A DNA stretch of 22,832 nucleotides from Thermoplasmatota archaeon (GCA_965234725.1 CBDDUX010000064.1:1-22832); one strand, 5' to 3'; shown: positions 1 through 7,810, numbered from the stretch's first letter. Translations and numbers: made by a program. Notes: generated by a model not told the origin, from the letters alone.

Positions 1-426
1 TTCTTCCCTAAACAATGACCAACTTATAAATTTCCGTATAAATATGTCATAATTTAGGGGTCTAAAAATGCTCGACAGGAAACCCCCCACCCCCTGAAAT
101 GCTCGGAATTTCAAGGTTTTTATGGATATCCTTCAAGATCACATCCAGGAAAAAGGAACCTAAGAGAGAAAGGATTAATTACTATACTGGACACCCCTTT
201 TACATTGGCTAAAAAAAAGGCCTTTTCCTCGATTTCATCCAAATGTTCCCGAGCAACATTCACCATAGAGCAATTCCCGAGCACTTGAGAAATTAAGTAC
301 TTACTGATTTTCTTCTATATTTCATGGAATTATATGAGAAGTGATTAATAGAGTGCGGAAGATAATGTGTTGGTCAGATCCCTGTAATTCTTTGGGATAA
401 TTACTTTCCATCAAAATGATACTTAA

Positions 427-562
427 GGATGCGAAGCGGGCCTCATGCAAAGACCCGCCAAAGCTTCGCGTCCAACTACAAACCAGTTGGAACAGCGTTT
501 GCTTTGGATTACTAATTTTTGTGCTTGAATCCTCAGTTAGCTTTAGCTAACAAGAAATTCAA
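427..562 (+). other. Multi-hairpin structured leader inside the IS left end
   Basis: Stems: GGATGCGAAGC 427-437 / GCTTCGCGTCC 463-473; GCGGG 436-440 / CCCGC 454-458; TCCAACT 471-477 / AGTTGGA 485-491; CCAAAGC 458-464 / GCTTTGG 501-507; GTTAGC-TTTA-GCTAAC 536-551 nested in TTGAAT 525-530 / ATTCAA 557-562. Confidence 0.55.
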
Positions 563-612
563 CATGAAATGAAGAAAATGTGCATGGAACCGTTCCGCAG
601 GAGGCGAAAAAA

Positions 613-1968
613 ATGGACATCCAAATGGGCTTGAACGGATATTATGCACTCCCGGATATCAAGAACGATTTCGGGAATTCAAAAGCTCGGAGAGAATATA
701 ACAAATCATTGAAAAAGATACTGAAAAAATTGACGAGACTGAACAGATCAAGAAATGCGAAAAGAGTGTTGGCAGAAATAAAGTCTATGAAAACATGTGA
801 GAATTGCGGATCAACAAGGATGATCAACTGGGGCAATTATAGAAGAAGAGTCAAGACATACTTCAGCAAAAAGATTAGACGAATAAAAGTACGGAGATTG
901 AAATGCAAAAGATGTGGAAAGACGAAAAGCATTCTACCGAAATTCCTTACGAACCTGAGAAGATTCTCGAACAAGGCACTAAGGGATATGATAGATGCAA
1001 AACTGTGGTTGATCTCAGGTTACAGAAAGATCGCAAAATGGAGCAGGATCGGAGGATGCAGTCATACACATCTCATTCGGGAAATGAAGAAGCTGGGGCC
1101 GGTATGCAGGGATATCCTCAGGGCTGTGAAGTTGCCCTTTTCCGGTATAGTATGTGTGGATAAAGTGTGGTTCAGACGTGTCAAAGGAATCTTCTGCTAC
1201 AGTGCGACTGCTGTGGATGCAAGAACTGGATGTGTCATATTCGCAGAAACCTACTATGTGAACACGGTGAAGGCAAAAGAGAGATTCGGTGTTCTCGAAG
1301 GAGAGAACATTGTTGCCACGAAAACAAAATGCATCGAAATGTTCATGAAAGATCTTGTTGGGGTTATCGATCCGAAGGTAATCATAACGGATAATAATTC
1401 GAGCTATGACAAGATCATAGAGAAATATTTCCCAAAGGCAAAGCACATGTTGTGTTCCTTTCACATTGTCTGGGATATCGAGAAGAAGTGCAGGGTTCCA
1501 CGTGGTTTCAAACGCAGTCCAGAATTCAAGGCCATCAGAAAGGAGCTGTTGAATGTATTCGAAGCTAGAACGTTGACCGAAGCAAAAAAAAGGCTTGAAA
1601 ATGTACTTGGAAAGAGCAAGGACTTCATCGGTACGAGACTCGAACCGTTATTCAAAACATTGAATAACAACCGAGAAAAGATCTTTCCGTATCTCAGATA
1701 TGGCATCAACCGAACCAACAATCCGGTTGAGCATTATTTCGGATTTGTGAAGCGATTTCAGGATGTGTCTCACAAGTTCTCGACGCTTGAAGGTTTGAGA
1801 TCCTTGTTGAGTGTATTCGCATTGTTTTACAACTTCGCTCCCAAGATGGAGGGTCTTAACAAGGACGTGTCTCCTTTCATGAGATCAGGTTGGGACCATA
1901 AGATGGACATGTGGACTTACATAGATTATCCACATTGTTTTGATGCGAAACGGATGTGTGGGCTTTAA
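613..1968 (+). CDS. DDE transposase with N-terminal zinc ribbon (IS256/Mutator/ISH6-like, with IS6-like DDE motifs)
   Basis: Zinc ribbon CENC...CKRC; DDE motifs VCVD, IITDNNSSY and RTNNPVEHYF; Mutator-type C-x-x-H motif (HMLCSFH). ATG 613 follows a GGAGG RBS; the track starts at GTG 580. Confidence 0.85.
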   Translation: MDIQMGLNGYYALPDIKNDFGNSKARREYNKSLKKILKKLTRLNRSRNAKRVLAEIKSMKTCENCGSTRMINWGNYRRRVKTYFSKKIRRIKVRRLKCKRCGKTKSILPKFLTNLRRFSNKALRDMIDAKLWLISGYRKIAKWSRIGGCSHTHLIREMKKLGPVCRDILRAVKLPFSGIVCVDKVWFRRVKGIFCYSATAVDARTGCVIFAETYYVNTVKAKERFGVLEGENIVATKTKCIEMFMKDLVGVIDPKVIITDNNSSYDKIIEKYFPKAKHMLCSFHIVWDIEKKCRVPRGFKRSPEFKAIRKELLNVFEARTLTEAKKRLENVLGKSKDFIGTRLEPLFKTLNNNREKIFPYLRYGINRTNNPVEHYFGFVKRFQDVSHKFSTLEGLRSLLSVFALFYNFAPKMEGLNKDVSPFMRSGWDHKMDMWTYIDYPHCFDAKRMCGL

Positions 1969-2410
1969 ATAAAAGATGGTGAGGTCATGAGGTTCACGTT
2001 CAAAATCGACATTATACAACTGAAGCACCAACACTAAATGTTCCGCGCTCGTTTAGATATAAATCAATTTCACTATTTATTCGTCGTTTTATAGATACCC
2101 CCCTTTTCTGTTGTGAATTCCCCCAAATTGAGCAGGATCCATTTTCTGAACTGGTGTGTGATAAACATTCGTTTATCCCACACCCCTGATATGTCATTTT
2201 TTAACTGGATTTCCTTAAAATTCTCAGATACCCCTTTTTCAACCGTTCCTAAAACGTCCCTTAATGGGACACGGTTCAAGATCCTTTAAACTTGAGATTA
2301 TTATCTTTTCAAAGTGGGAAAGGAAGATTCATTAATCAATAATGCAATATATCCTTAAGGGAGGTCTTGGAAAAGAGTTCCTCAGAATGGATAAGTAAGG
2401 AAGTGAATGA

Positions 2411-3385
2411 ATGTCTCTCTCATTTTTTATTAGTTATATAACAAAAAATGATTTCCCTTACGTGAAGGAATTAAAAAAAACATTAGAAAATGATTATAGT
2501 TATGAGGTTTTTTTAGCGCCTGAAAGAAGTGAATATTCAATAAAAAATTCAGAAAAAATTTCTAAATACATAGATATGAGTCAAATATTTATTTCTATTA
2601 TGTCAGAAGATGCTTTGAAACTATATCCCGATTCTCCAAATTGGCTTCATCAAGAATTGGGATATGCATATAATCATTTTTTACATGGATATTTGCAGAT
2701 TATAATTATTTCAGATAATAAAGATTATATTAAAGGTTTCATCAATCCAATCACACATGATTTATCAATAATAAAAGGGGACCCCCATTTGAACGCCAGT
2801 GAAATTCATGACGCGATAACTGGTGGAATTCTTAAAAAAGAGGACCTTTATCCTTTGAAGTTAGATGTTATTACAAAACAGATATCTCCGAAAGGTATAC
2901 CTGGTATAAGACAGTTTAATTTAGAAGTGGAATTTATCATTCATAACAATTCATTTAGAGATCTAAATGATGGTACAATTTCATTTATTTTCCCAAAAGA
3001 AATATTTCCAGATTTTACTTCATCTGAAATTTCCATACCAATTAATATCGATCGAAAGGGAGTTTATGTTTACAATCATAAATCTAATAATCTACCAGAA
3101 AAAGTTTCAGAATTATTTGAAGGTGAACTTGACAAAATTGCAAGAAATACATTCTATTTGGGTACTGTTCACGCCCTTAATGCATATGAGTTTTCGATTT
3201 TACTCCAAAAAGGAGACGGGTCTAAAGATTATTGGGAATATAATAAGATTAAATTTGGTATACTTATAAAATTACCAATATTTGGCATATCGTTATATCA
3301 AGGTTGTGTAAGTCATATTACCGATTATAAAATAGAAATGTCCATTAAGAGAATTGACAACAATTGTTTATTATCTGTTGAATGA
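2411..3385 (+). CDS. TIR-domain protein with beta-rich C-terminal domain (putative anti-viral defence)
   Basis: N-terminal TIR signature FFISY...VFLA...I.KYIDMSQIFISIMS...NWLHQELGYA, with the catalytic Glu retained. The C-terminal ~180 aa is beta-strand rich (LEVEFIIHNNS..DLNDGTISFIFP). AT-rich DNA. Confidence 0.8.
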   Translation: MSLSFFISYITKNDFPYVKELKKTLENDYSYEVFLAPERSEYSIKNSEKISKYIDMSQIFISIMSEDALKLYPDSPNWLHQELGYAYNHFLHGYLQIIIISDNKDYIKGFINPITHDLSIIKGDPHLNASEIHDAITGGILKKEDLYPLKLDVITKQISPKGIPGIRQFNLEVEFIIHNNSFRDLNDGTISFIFPKEIFPDFTSSEISIPINIDRKGVYVYNHKSNNLPEKVSELFEGELDKIARNTFYLGTVHALNAYEFSILLQKGDGSKDYWEYNKIKFGILIKLPIFGISLYQGCVSHITDYKIEMSIKRIDNNCLLSVE

Positions 3386-3501
3386 ATACAAATCAAATAT
3401 TGTTATTATAACAATTTCTAAGTTTCGTCGAAATTGGTAACCAAAGACTATGGAAAGAGATATGAATAATAATGAATATAATGGAATAAAGAAGGGATGA
3501 T

Positions 3502-5010
3502 ATGATTGAAAATATAAAGTTGCAAAATTATAAGGGAATTAATCTCATTGAAATTAAGGATTTGGAACACATAAACGTTTTTTGTGGTAGAAACAATAGT
3601 GGGAAAACTACAATATTCGAAGCGATTCAAAATAAACCAAATATTGGAAAAAAAATTACAGATGATGACATTGAAAAAATCATCAAATTATGCTTTCCTG
3701 ATTCAACTTATGAGAGTTTTATTAAGGGTTATTTCGAGGAAAGGCGAGATGAAATACTCAAAGAAAATAAAATATGGTATAGAGAAAATGCGCCCGATTT
3801 TCAAAAGTGGGTATTAAAAATCTTTCAAAATCCCTATACTTTAACAAATGTTAGAGTGAATTATTACATTGAAAATCAAAAAATGATTACTTATATTGAA
3901 AATATAATTCCAGAAGGTAAATTGAATACTGCGTATTTACCCGCAAAAAGAATTATTAAACCATTTGCAAAATTTATAGCAAATCCTAAGTTAAATATAG
4001 ATGATGTAAATTTTCTAAACTATTTATTCTTTTGTAAAAATCAACTTCCTAATGATCCTAAGTTTAGTTATTATAAGAAAATTCAGATTATATTTGAAAA
4101 AATTACTAATGGATTTAATTTTGAAATAATTGCACGACCCGGTGATGAGCAAATAGAATTAAAATTCTCCAATTTAGAAAATGATTGGTACAGTGCTAAT
4201 AATTTTGGTATTGGATTAATCGATGTATTATTAATTTTAACTTTCTCAATATTACCAGATAATGATATTATTATTATTGAAGAACCTGAAAACCATTTGC
4301 ATCCTGAAATGCAAAGAAATCTGTTAAAATATTTAATTAGTATTGAAGAAAAGCAGTTTTTCATTTCGACACATGGAAATGTCTTTCTTGACAATAAGTT
4401 GGTGGATAAAATATATTATACCTATTATCAAAATAAGAATGTTTATATCAATGATGCAACAAGTAAAGCTCAAATACTACAAAATATTGGTTATTCAATT
4501 AATGAAAATTTAACATCTGATTTAATAATATTAACAGAAGGCCCCAAAGATAAAATTATTATTGAACATTTCATGATTGAATTAGGATTTTATTTTGATT
4601 ATAATATAAAAATATGGCCTCTTGGTGGAGATATTATGAATCAGTTGGATTTAGAGGTATTTTCTGACATGTATAATGTTATAGCATTAATTGATAATGA
4701 TCCCGAAAGTAGTAAAGTTAGAAATGAATTCATGGAGAATTGTCAAAAATATAATATTCATTGCCATAAATTGCATAGATATTCTATTGAGAATTATTAT
4801 ACATTGAGTGCAATAAAAGTAGTTTATGGTGAAAAAATTCCTGCTTCCGTGAATAATATTAAACCAAAAATAAAAGTTGATAAACAAATTGGTTTTAGTA
4901 TTAAAAGACAAGCGAATTCAATAGTGCAAAATATGTCATTATTGGATATTGCAGATACCGATCTATACTCATTTCTTCTTGAAGTAAAAAAGAGATGTGA
5001 AAATAATTAG
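3502..5010 (+). CDS. OLD-family ATP-dependent nuclease (ABC-type ATPase + TOPRIM)
   Basis: Walker A GRNNSGKTT; Walker B/D-loop IIIIEEPENHLHP; H-loop FISTH; TOPRIM motifs LTEGPKD and LIDND; SIENYY motif typical of OLD/GajA-type nucleases. Confidence 0.88.
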   Translation: MIENIKLQNYKGINLIEIKDLEHINVFCGRNNSGKTTIFEAIQNKPNIGKKITDDDIEKIIKLCFPDSTYESFIKGYFEERRDEILKENKIWYRENAPDFQKWVLKIFQNPYTLTNVRVNYYIENQKMITYIENIIPEGKLNTAYLPAKRIIKPFAKFIANPKLNIDDVNFLNYLFFCKNQLPNDPKFSYYKKIQIIFEKITNGFNFEIIARPGDEQIELKFSNLENDWYSANNFGIGLIDVLLILTFSILPDNDIIIIEEPENHLHPEMQRNLLKYLISIEEKQFFISTHGNVFLDNKLVDKIYYTYYQNKNVYINDATSKAQILQNIGYSINENLTSDLIILTEGPKDKIIIEHFMIELGFYFDYNIKIWPLGGDIMNQLDLEVFSDMYNVIALIDNDPESSKVRNEFMENCQKYNIHCHKLHRYSIENYYTLSAIKVVYGEKIPASVNNIKPKIKVDKQIGFSIKRQANSIVQNMSLLDIADTDLYSFLLEVKKRCENN

Positions 5011-5113
5011 AACGTTCAATTTTAAGAAATTTATTTTATTATAGAGAACTTACAGTGTTCAGAAGAAACTGTTTCAATCAGTGGAACCTTCTCAATACCA
5101 TGTAATGGGTAAC

Positions 5114-5824
5114 TCAAAATTTTGAAGAGACCTTGATAATATCATCAATCCGATCGATCTCATCAATGAGTTTTTTCCGGATCTCGATTAACTCTTCCAA
5201 GGATTGACCATTGGAAGAGGATCTCTTCATGATCCCGTCCTTTCTCAATCGATCAACCATCTCATCAACAGAATATCCTTCATACTCCTCCATTAAGACC
5301 CGGGCAGTATCCCCGGTTTGATCCATCACCCATCGAATATCCCTTCCCATCTCTTTGGAGAGCCTTACAAACGTTGTTCGGAGAGAATGGAACTTGAGCT
5401 TCTTCTTGATCGATGTTCTCTTCAAGACGTTCTGAAGGTAATTATAGGCCGTTCGATCACTGATATCAAAAAGATCCTTTTGTCTTGGATCCAAGGTTGA
5501 AATATACATTCGGAGAGTGATTACTGTTTCAGGTTCGAGAGCAACCTCCCACCATCGATCCTTTTTCTCTTCCCAGAATTTTATCCGGGATCCTTCCAGA
5601 TCTACATTTGCGATTTGAATGGAAACGATATCATTCCTCCGGATCCCGGTGGTTAATCCTAACTCGAGAAGAGCCCTTTCCAGGGGAGTCTCACAAGATT
5701 TGAGGAACTCCTGAACCTCCTTGAATGATAGGGATGGTTTGGATCTCTTAATGGCCCCGATATCAAGCTTTTCCGTTTTGTGGTGGAAATCGGAAAAACC
5801 CCTCTTTTTCGGACCTGGTTTCAT
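5114..5824 (-). CDS. Tyrosine recombinase/integrase (catalytic domain only, 236 aa)
   Basis: Motifs TGIRRNDI (Arg), FHSLR (HxxR) and QTGD...EEY (Tyr nucleophile). RBS GAGGGGGTGA precedes ATG 5824. Confidence 0.88.
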   Translation of the reverse strand: MKPGPKKRGFSDFHHKTEKLDIGAIKRSKPSLSFKEVQEFLKSCETPLERALLELGLTTGIRRNDIVSIQIANVDLEGSRIKFWEEKKDRWWEVALEPETVITLRMYISTLDPRQKDLFDISDRTAYNYLQNVLKRTSIKKKLKFHSLRTTFVRLSKEMGRDIRWVMDQTGDTARVLMEEYEGYSVDEMVDRLRKDGIMKRSSSNGQSLEELIEIRKKLIDEIDRIDDIIKVSSKF

Positions 5825-5901
5825 GGATTCACCCCCTCAAAACATGGGATTTTTGCCTTTTCTCGCTGGAATCGGAATCGTAAATTATAAAACACCGTCA
5901 T
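5821..5901 (-). CDS. 26-aa linker ORF (MTVFYNLRFRFQREKAKIPCFEGVNP) coupled to the integrase start
   Basis: ATG 5901 overlaps the end of ORF 5885-6265, and its TGA overlaps the integrase ATG (ATGA). Read by hand; below the track's length cut-off. Confidence 0.35.
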   Translation of the reverse strand: MTVFYNLRFRFQREKAKIPCFEGVNP

Positions 5902-6265
5902 CCCATTCAATTTTGAAGATGATTGAAGAGCCTGTCTGAGTAATGATTTGTATTCTCACAGAAAGGTATCTTTGCATGGAAAATACCTCAGTTATTGATA
6001 GCAACATACCCTTTGATGCGATTGCTAATGATTTCTCGGACAGACTCTGAATATGAATAATATTCATCAAATGGTTTCTAGATTTAAAGAAAACCTTCGA
6101 AGGGCTGGGATACAAGAACCTGAATTGAGTGAAATGGCGAGAGATTATGAAAATGATCTCAGAGAAGTTCAAGAGTCCGTCGAAAGAAGCATTGAAGATG
6201 CAAAGAGGAGAGCAGACATTGAAAAACGGAGGATAGATTACATGATTATGTAAAGATTTAACCAT
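5885..6265 (-). CDS. Hypothetical ORF in the coupled chain, antisense to 6053-6253
   Basis: AAGGGGGGGTG RBS upstream of ATG 6265; start overlaps the end of the upstream ORF. Composition is partly antisense-shadow-like. Confidence 0.35.
   Translation of the reverse strand: MVKSLHNHVIYPPFFNVCSPLCIFNASFDGLLNFSEIIFIISRHFTQFRFLYPSPSKVFFKSRNHLMNIIHIQSLSEKSLAIASKGMLLSITEVFSMQRYLSVRIQIITQTGSSIIFKIEWDDGVL
6053..6253 (+). CDS. Small charged helical hypothetical protein (66 aa)
   Basis: E/R-rich amphipathic-helix pattern (ELSEMARDYENDLREVQESVERSIEDAKRR) that looks protein-like. Confidence 0.5.
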   Translation: MNNIHQMVSRFKENLRRAGIQEPELSEMARDYENDLREVQESVERSIEDAKRRADIEKRRIDYMIM

Positions 6266-6989
6266 TTATTGAGCACCCCCCCTTTACCTCTTCAATGCAG
6301 ATTCGGAAAGAATATGATTTGGTCAATTCTTCATCTATAGTCATTACTATTATTATTCTCGAAAATCGATATAATAAAAGATAACTCCTTAAGATAATCC
6401 TATTTATTAATAAATGATGATCGAGGTTGGTGGAGCTACATTTTGTGAGGGCAGTAACCTTCCGATCTTTAACCTTATACAATTTGTTTGTCCAAAGTGC
6501 AATTCTGATAAAATTACCTCGGATATGAATAAATCCATTTGTGGACACTATATGTGGCAATGCCTTGAGTGCGAATTTAGTTGGTGTAATTAACATTATT
6601 GTACGCAATTGTAAGTTACATTTGCGTTGATTGATCATGATAACGAACAACATAAATACATTATTCAAAATCGTTTTCCTATGGATGAGAGATCCTTGTA
6701 ATGTGAAGAATGCGGACATCGTCCGTTCATTGCTTATACATTTGGAAGAGTCATTGAAAGGGAATGTGTTAATGAAAAATGCACAATGTTTAGAAAAGTA
6801 ATCTGATTTTACATTATCGATAATACCGATAATATAAGATTTTTTAAAATGAAAATGGCCTAAATTATTTGGAAAAAAGAAGAAGCAACCCAGGATCGGG
6901 AAGAGAGGAGATTGGAATTTCTGAGAGAAATGAACTCCCCGGGTTGCGATTCCAATCATGGGATGGCCAGTATTAAATAATCGGTCCAT
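6258..6989 (-). CDS. Hypothetical ~243-aa ORF in the coupled chain, antisense to plus-strand mini-genes
   Basis: Stop-free for more than 240 codons in AT-rich DNA; TAATG stop/start overlap at 6987-6991; AAGGGGGT upstream. F/I/H-rich and E/D-poor composition. Confidence 0.4.
   Translation of the reverse strand: MDRLFNTGHPMIGIATRGVHFSQKFQSPLFPILGCFFFFPNNLGHFHFKKSYIIGIIDNVKSDYFSKHCAFFINTFPFNDSSKCISNERTMSAFFTLQGSLIHRKTILNNVFMLFVIMINQRKCNLQLRTIMLITPTKFALKALPHIVSTNGFIHIRGNFIRIALWTNKLYKVKDRKVTALTKCSSTNLDHHLLINRIILRSYLLLYRFSRIIIVMTIDEELTKSYSFRICIEEVKGGCSING
6414..6593 (+). CDS. Small zinc-ribbon protein (59 aa)
   Basis: Manual translation MMIEVGGATFCEGSNLPIFNLIQFVCPKCNSDKITSDMNKSICGHYMWQCLECEFSWCN shows a CPKC...CLEC..W zinc ribbon. 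Missed by the ORF track. Confidence 0.6.
   Translation: MMIEVGGATFCEGSNLPIFNLIQFVCPKCNSDKITSDMNKSICGHYMWQCLECEFSWCN
6681..6806 (+). pseudogene. Small zinc-finger gene relic with in-frame TAA
   Basis: MDERSL*CEECGHRPFIAYTFGRVIERECVNEKCTMFRKVI*: CxxC...Cx4C knuckles interrupted by TAA at 6699-6701. Confidence 0.4.
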
Positions 6990-7465
6990 TAACAAAGACA
7001 AAACCCCCTTGAGTTGGTTGGTATTTTGAATACTACCCTCTCTTGGATTCGTAAGAATCTCCTTTTAGATATTATTGAGAATAACAGAGATATCTTTTTC
7101 AGCCAACTCTTCCAATCATGAATGTGGTAATAGAAATGAAACCACCATTCTTTGATAGACTCAAATTTCATTTCGAAAAAAAAGAACAAATGAAAAGGCT
7201 GGTGATATGTGGAACCATTGATCCAGAGCCTTTGAAAAAGGGTGAGAAATATTTGATCACTCTTTTCGAAAACTCTACTTGTCCACATTTCTATAAAACC
7301 GATATTGTTGAACATGGAATGGATGCCCATGGAAATATCGTTCCAAAATACATTGTAGGAATTATTGATGAGGATAATGAGAGTATTATTCCGACTCAAA
7401 TCAAGGAAGAAACGGCATATGACGGGAAAATTGAATTGATTTAAGATGATTATTTTCGAGGCCAT
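6989..7465 (-). CDS. Hypothetical 158-aa ORF in the coupled chain, antisense to 7118-7444
   Basis: GAAAGGGGGG immediately before ATG 7465, which overlaps the end of the upstream gene; stop overlaps the next ATG. Confidence 0.35.
   Translation of the reverse strand: MASKIIILNQFNFPVICRFFLDLSRNNTLIILINNSYNVFWNDISMGIHSMFNNIGFIEMWTSRVFEKSDQIFLTLFQRLWINGSTYHQPFHLFFFFEMKFESIKEWWFHFYYHIHDWKSWLKKISLLFSIISKRRFLRIQERVVFKIPTNSRGFCLC
7118..7444 (+). CDS. Hypothetical protein (108 aa)
   Basis: Normal globular-protein composition (E/K/D/I-rich); no family recognised. Confidence 0.55.
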   Translation: MNVVIEMKPPFFDRLKFHFEKKEQMKRLVICGTIDPEPLKKGEKYLITLFENSTCPHFYKTDIVEHGMDAHGNIVPKYIVGIIDEDNESIIPTQIKEETAYDGKIELI

Positions 7466-7662
7466 TCCCCCCTTTCATCTTCTCGACAATGTTGATGTCT
7501 CTTACAGAATTTCTTGGATTTTACAACGTAATCATTGATCGAGATGGGATATTCGACCTCTTCTATCTCACCACACCGAAGACAACGGAAAACAGCAGGT
7601 TGGACAGAATCGTCAATGACGCACCAGGTGATATTCTTGAACGCTGTCCACTTCTCACCCAT
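7450..7662 (-). CDS. Small Cys/His zinc-binding hypothetical protein, phage/plasmid-like
   Basis: FRCLRCG...FCKRHQHC; GGTGGTG RBS before ATG 7662 (the track starts at GTG 7674). Confidence 0.65.
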   Translation of the reverse strand: MGEKWTAFKNITWCVIDDSVQPAVFRCLRCGEIEEVEYPISINDYVVKSKKFCKRHQHCREDERGEWPRK

Positions 7663-7810
7663 GGACAACACCACCCGGGTTTATTCGTTCCATTATTAGA
7701 CGGTTGATGATTATATCAGGGGATTCTAAGATATCTTCGAAATCAGTCCGGAGACCTTCACCTTCATACTGTTGAATATCCGATTCACATTCTACAAGAT
7801 ATCCATCATT
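7655..7810 (-). pseudogene. 3' remnant of a gene truncated by the IS110 fragment
   Basis: Open frame NDGYLVECESDIQQYEGEGLRTDFEDILESPDIIINRLIMERINPGGVVHG* with no proper start; its end overlaps ATG 7662. Confidence 0.45.

Larger units (their letters stand above)
367..2034 (+). mobile_element. Insertion sequence, IS256/ISH6-like (DDE), ~1.67 kb
   Basis: Imperfect terminal inverted repeats GTGTTGGT-N8-TGTA at 367-386 and TACA-N8-ACCAACAC at 2015-2034 enclose the transposase ORF. No convincing target-site duplication, so the ends are approximate. Confidence 0.6.

Noticed and set aside
120..320. Open minus-strand frame of ~65 codons and a short TTCCCGAGCA direct repeat
   Set aside because: No good start or RBS and no recognisable motif; the repeat has only two copies.
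1159..1170. DKVW where DE-x-W/Y is usual in the first transposase
   Set aside because: The catalytic Asp is retained, so inactivation cannot be claimed from this alone.
642..1721. Alternative-frame and antisense ORFs within the first transposase
   Set aside because: Shadow ORFs of a clear CDS, with no RBS or coupling pattern.
2012..2279. Small minus-strand ORFs (61 and 68 aa) between the IS and the TIR gene
   Set aside because: Short with no motifs; one runs into the IS end; not supportable as genes.
3502..5010. Calling the OLD nuclease Gabija GajA, or the TIR protein Thoeris ThsB
   Set aside because: No GajB helicase and no ThsA effector is adjacent in the window.
5976..6053. 24-codon ORF (MENTSVIDSNIPFDAIANDFSDRL) that could join 6053-6253 by a 1-nt frameshift
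   Set aside because: Plausible but untestable without homologues.
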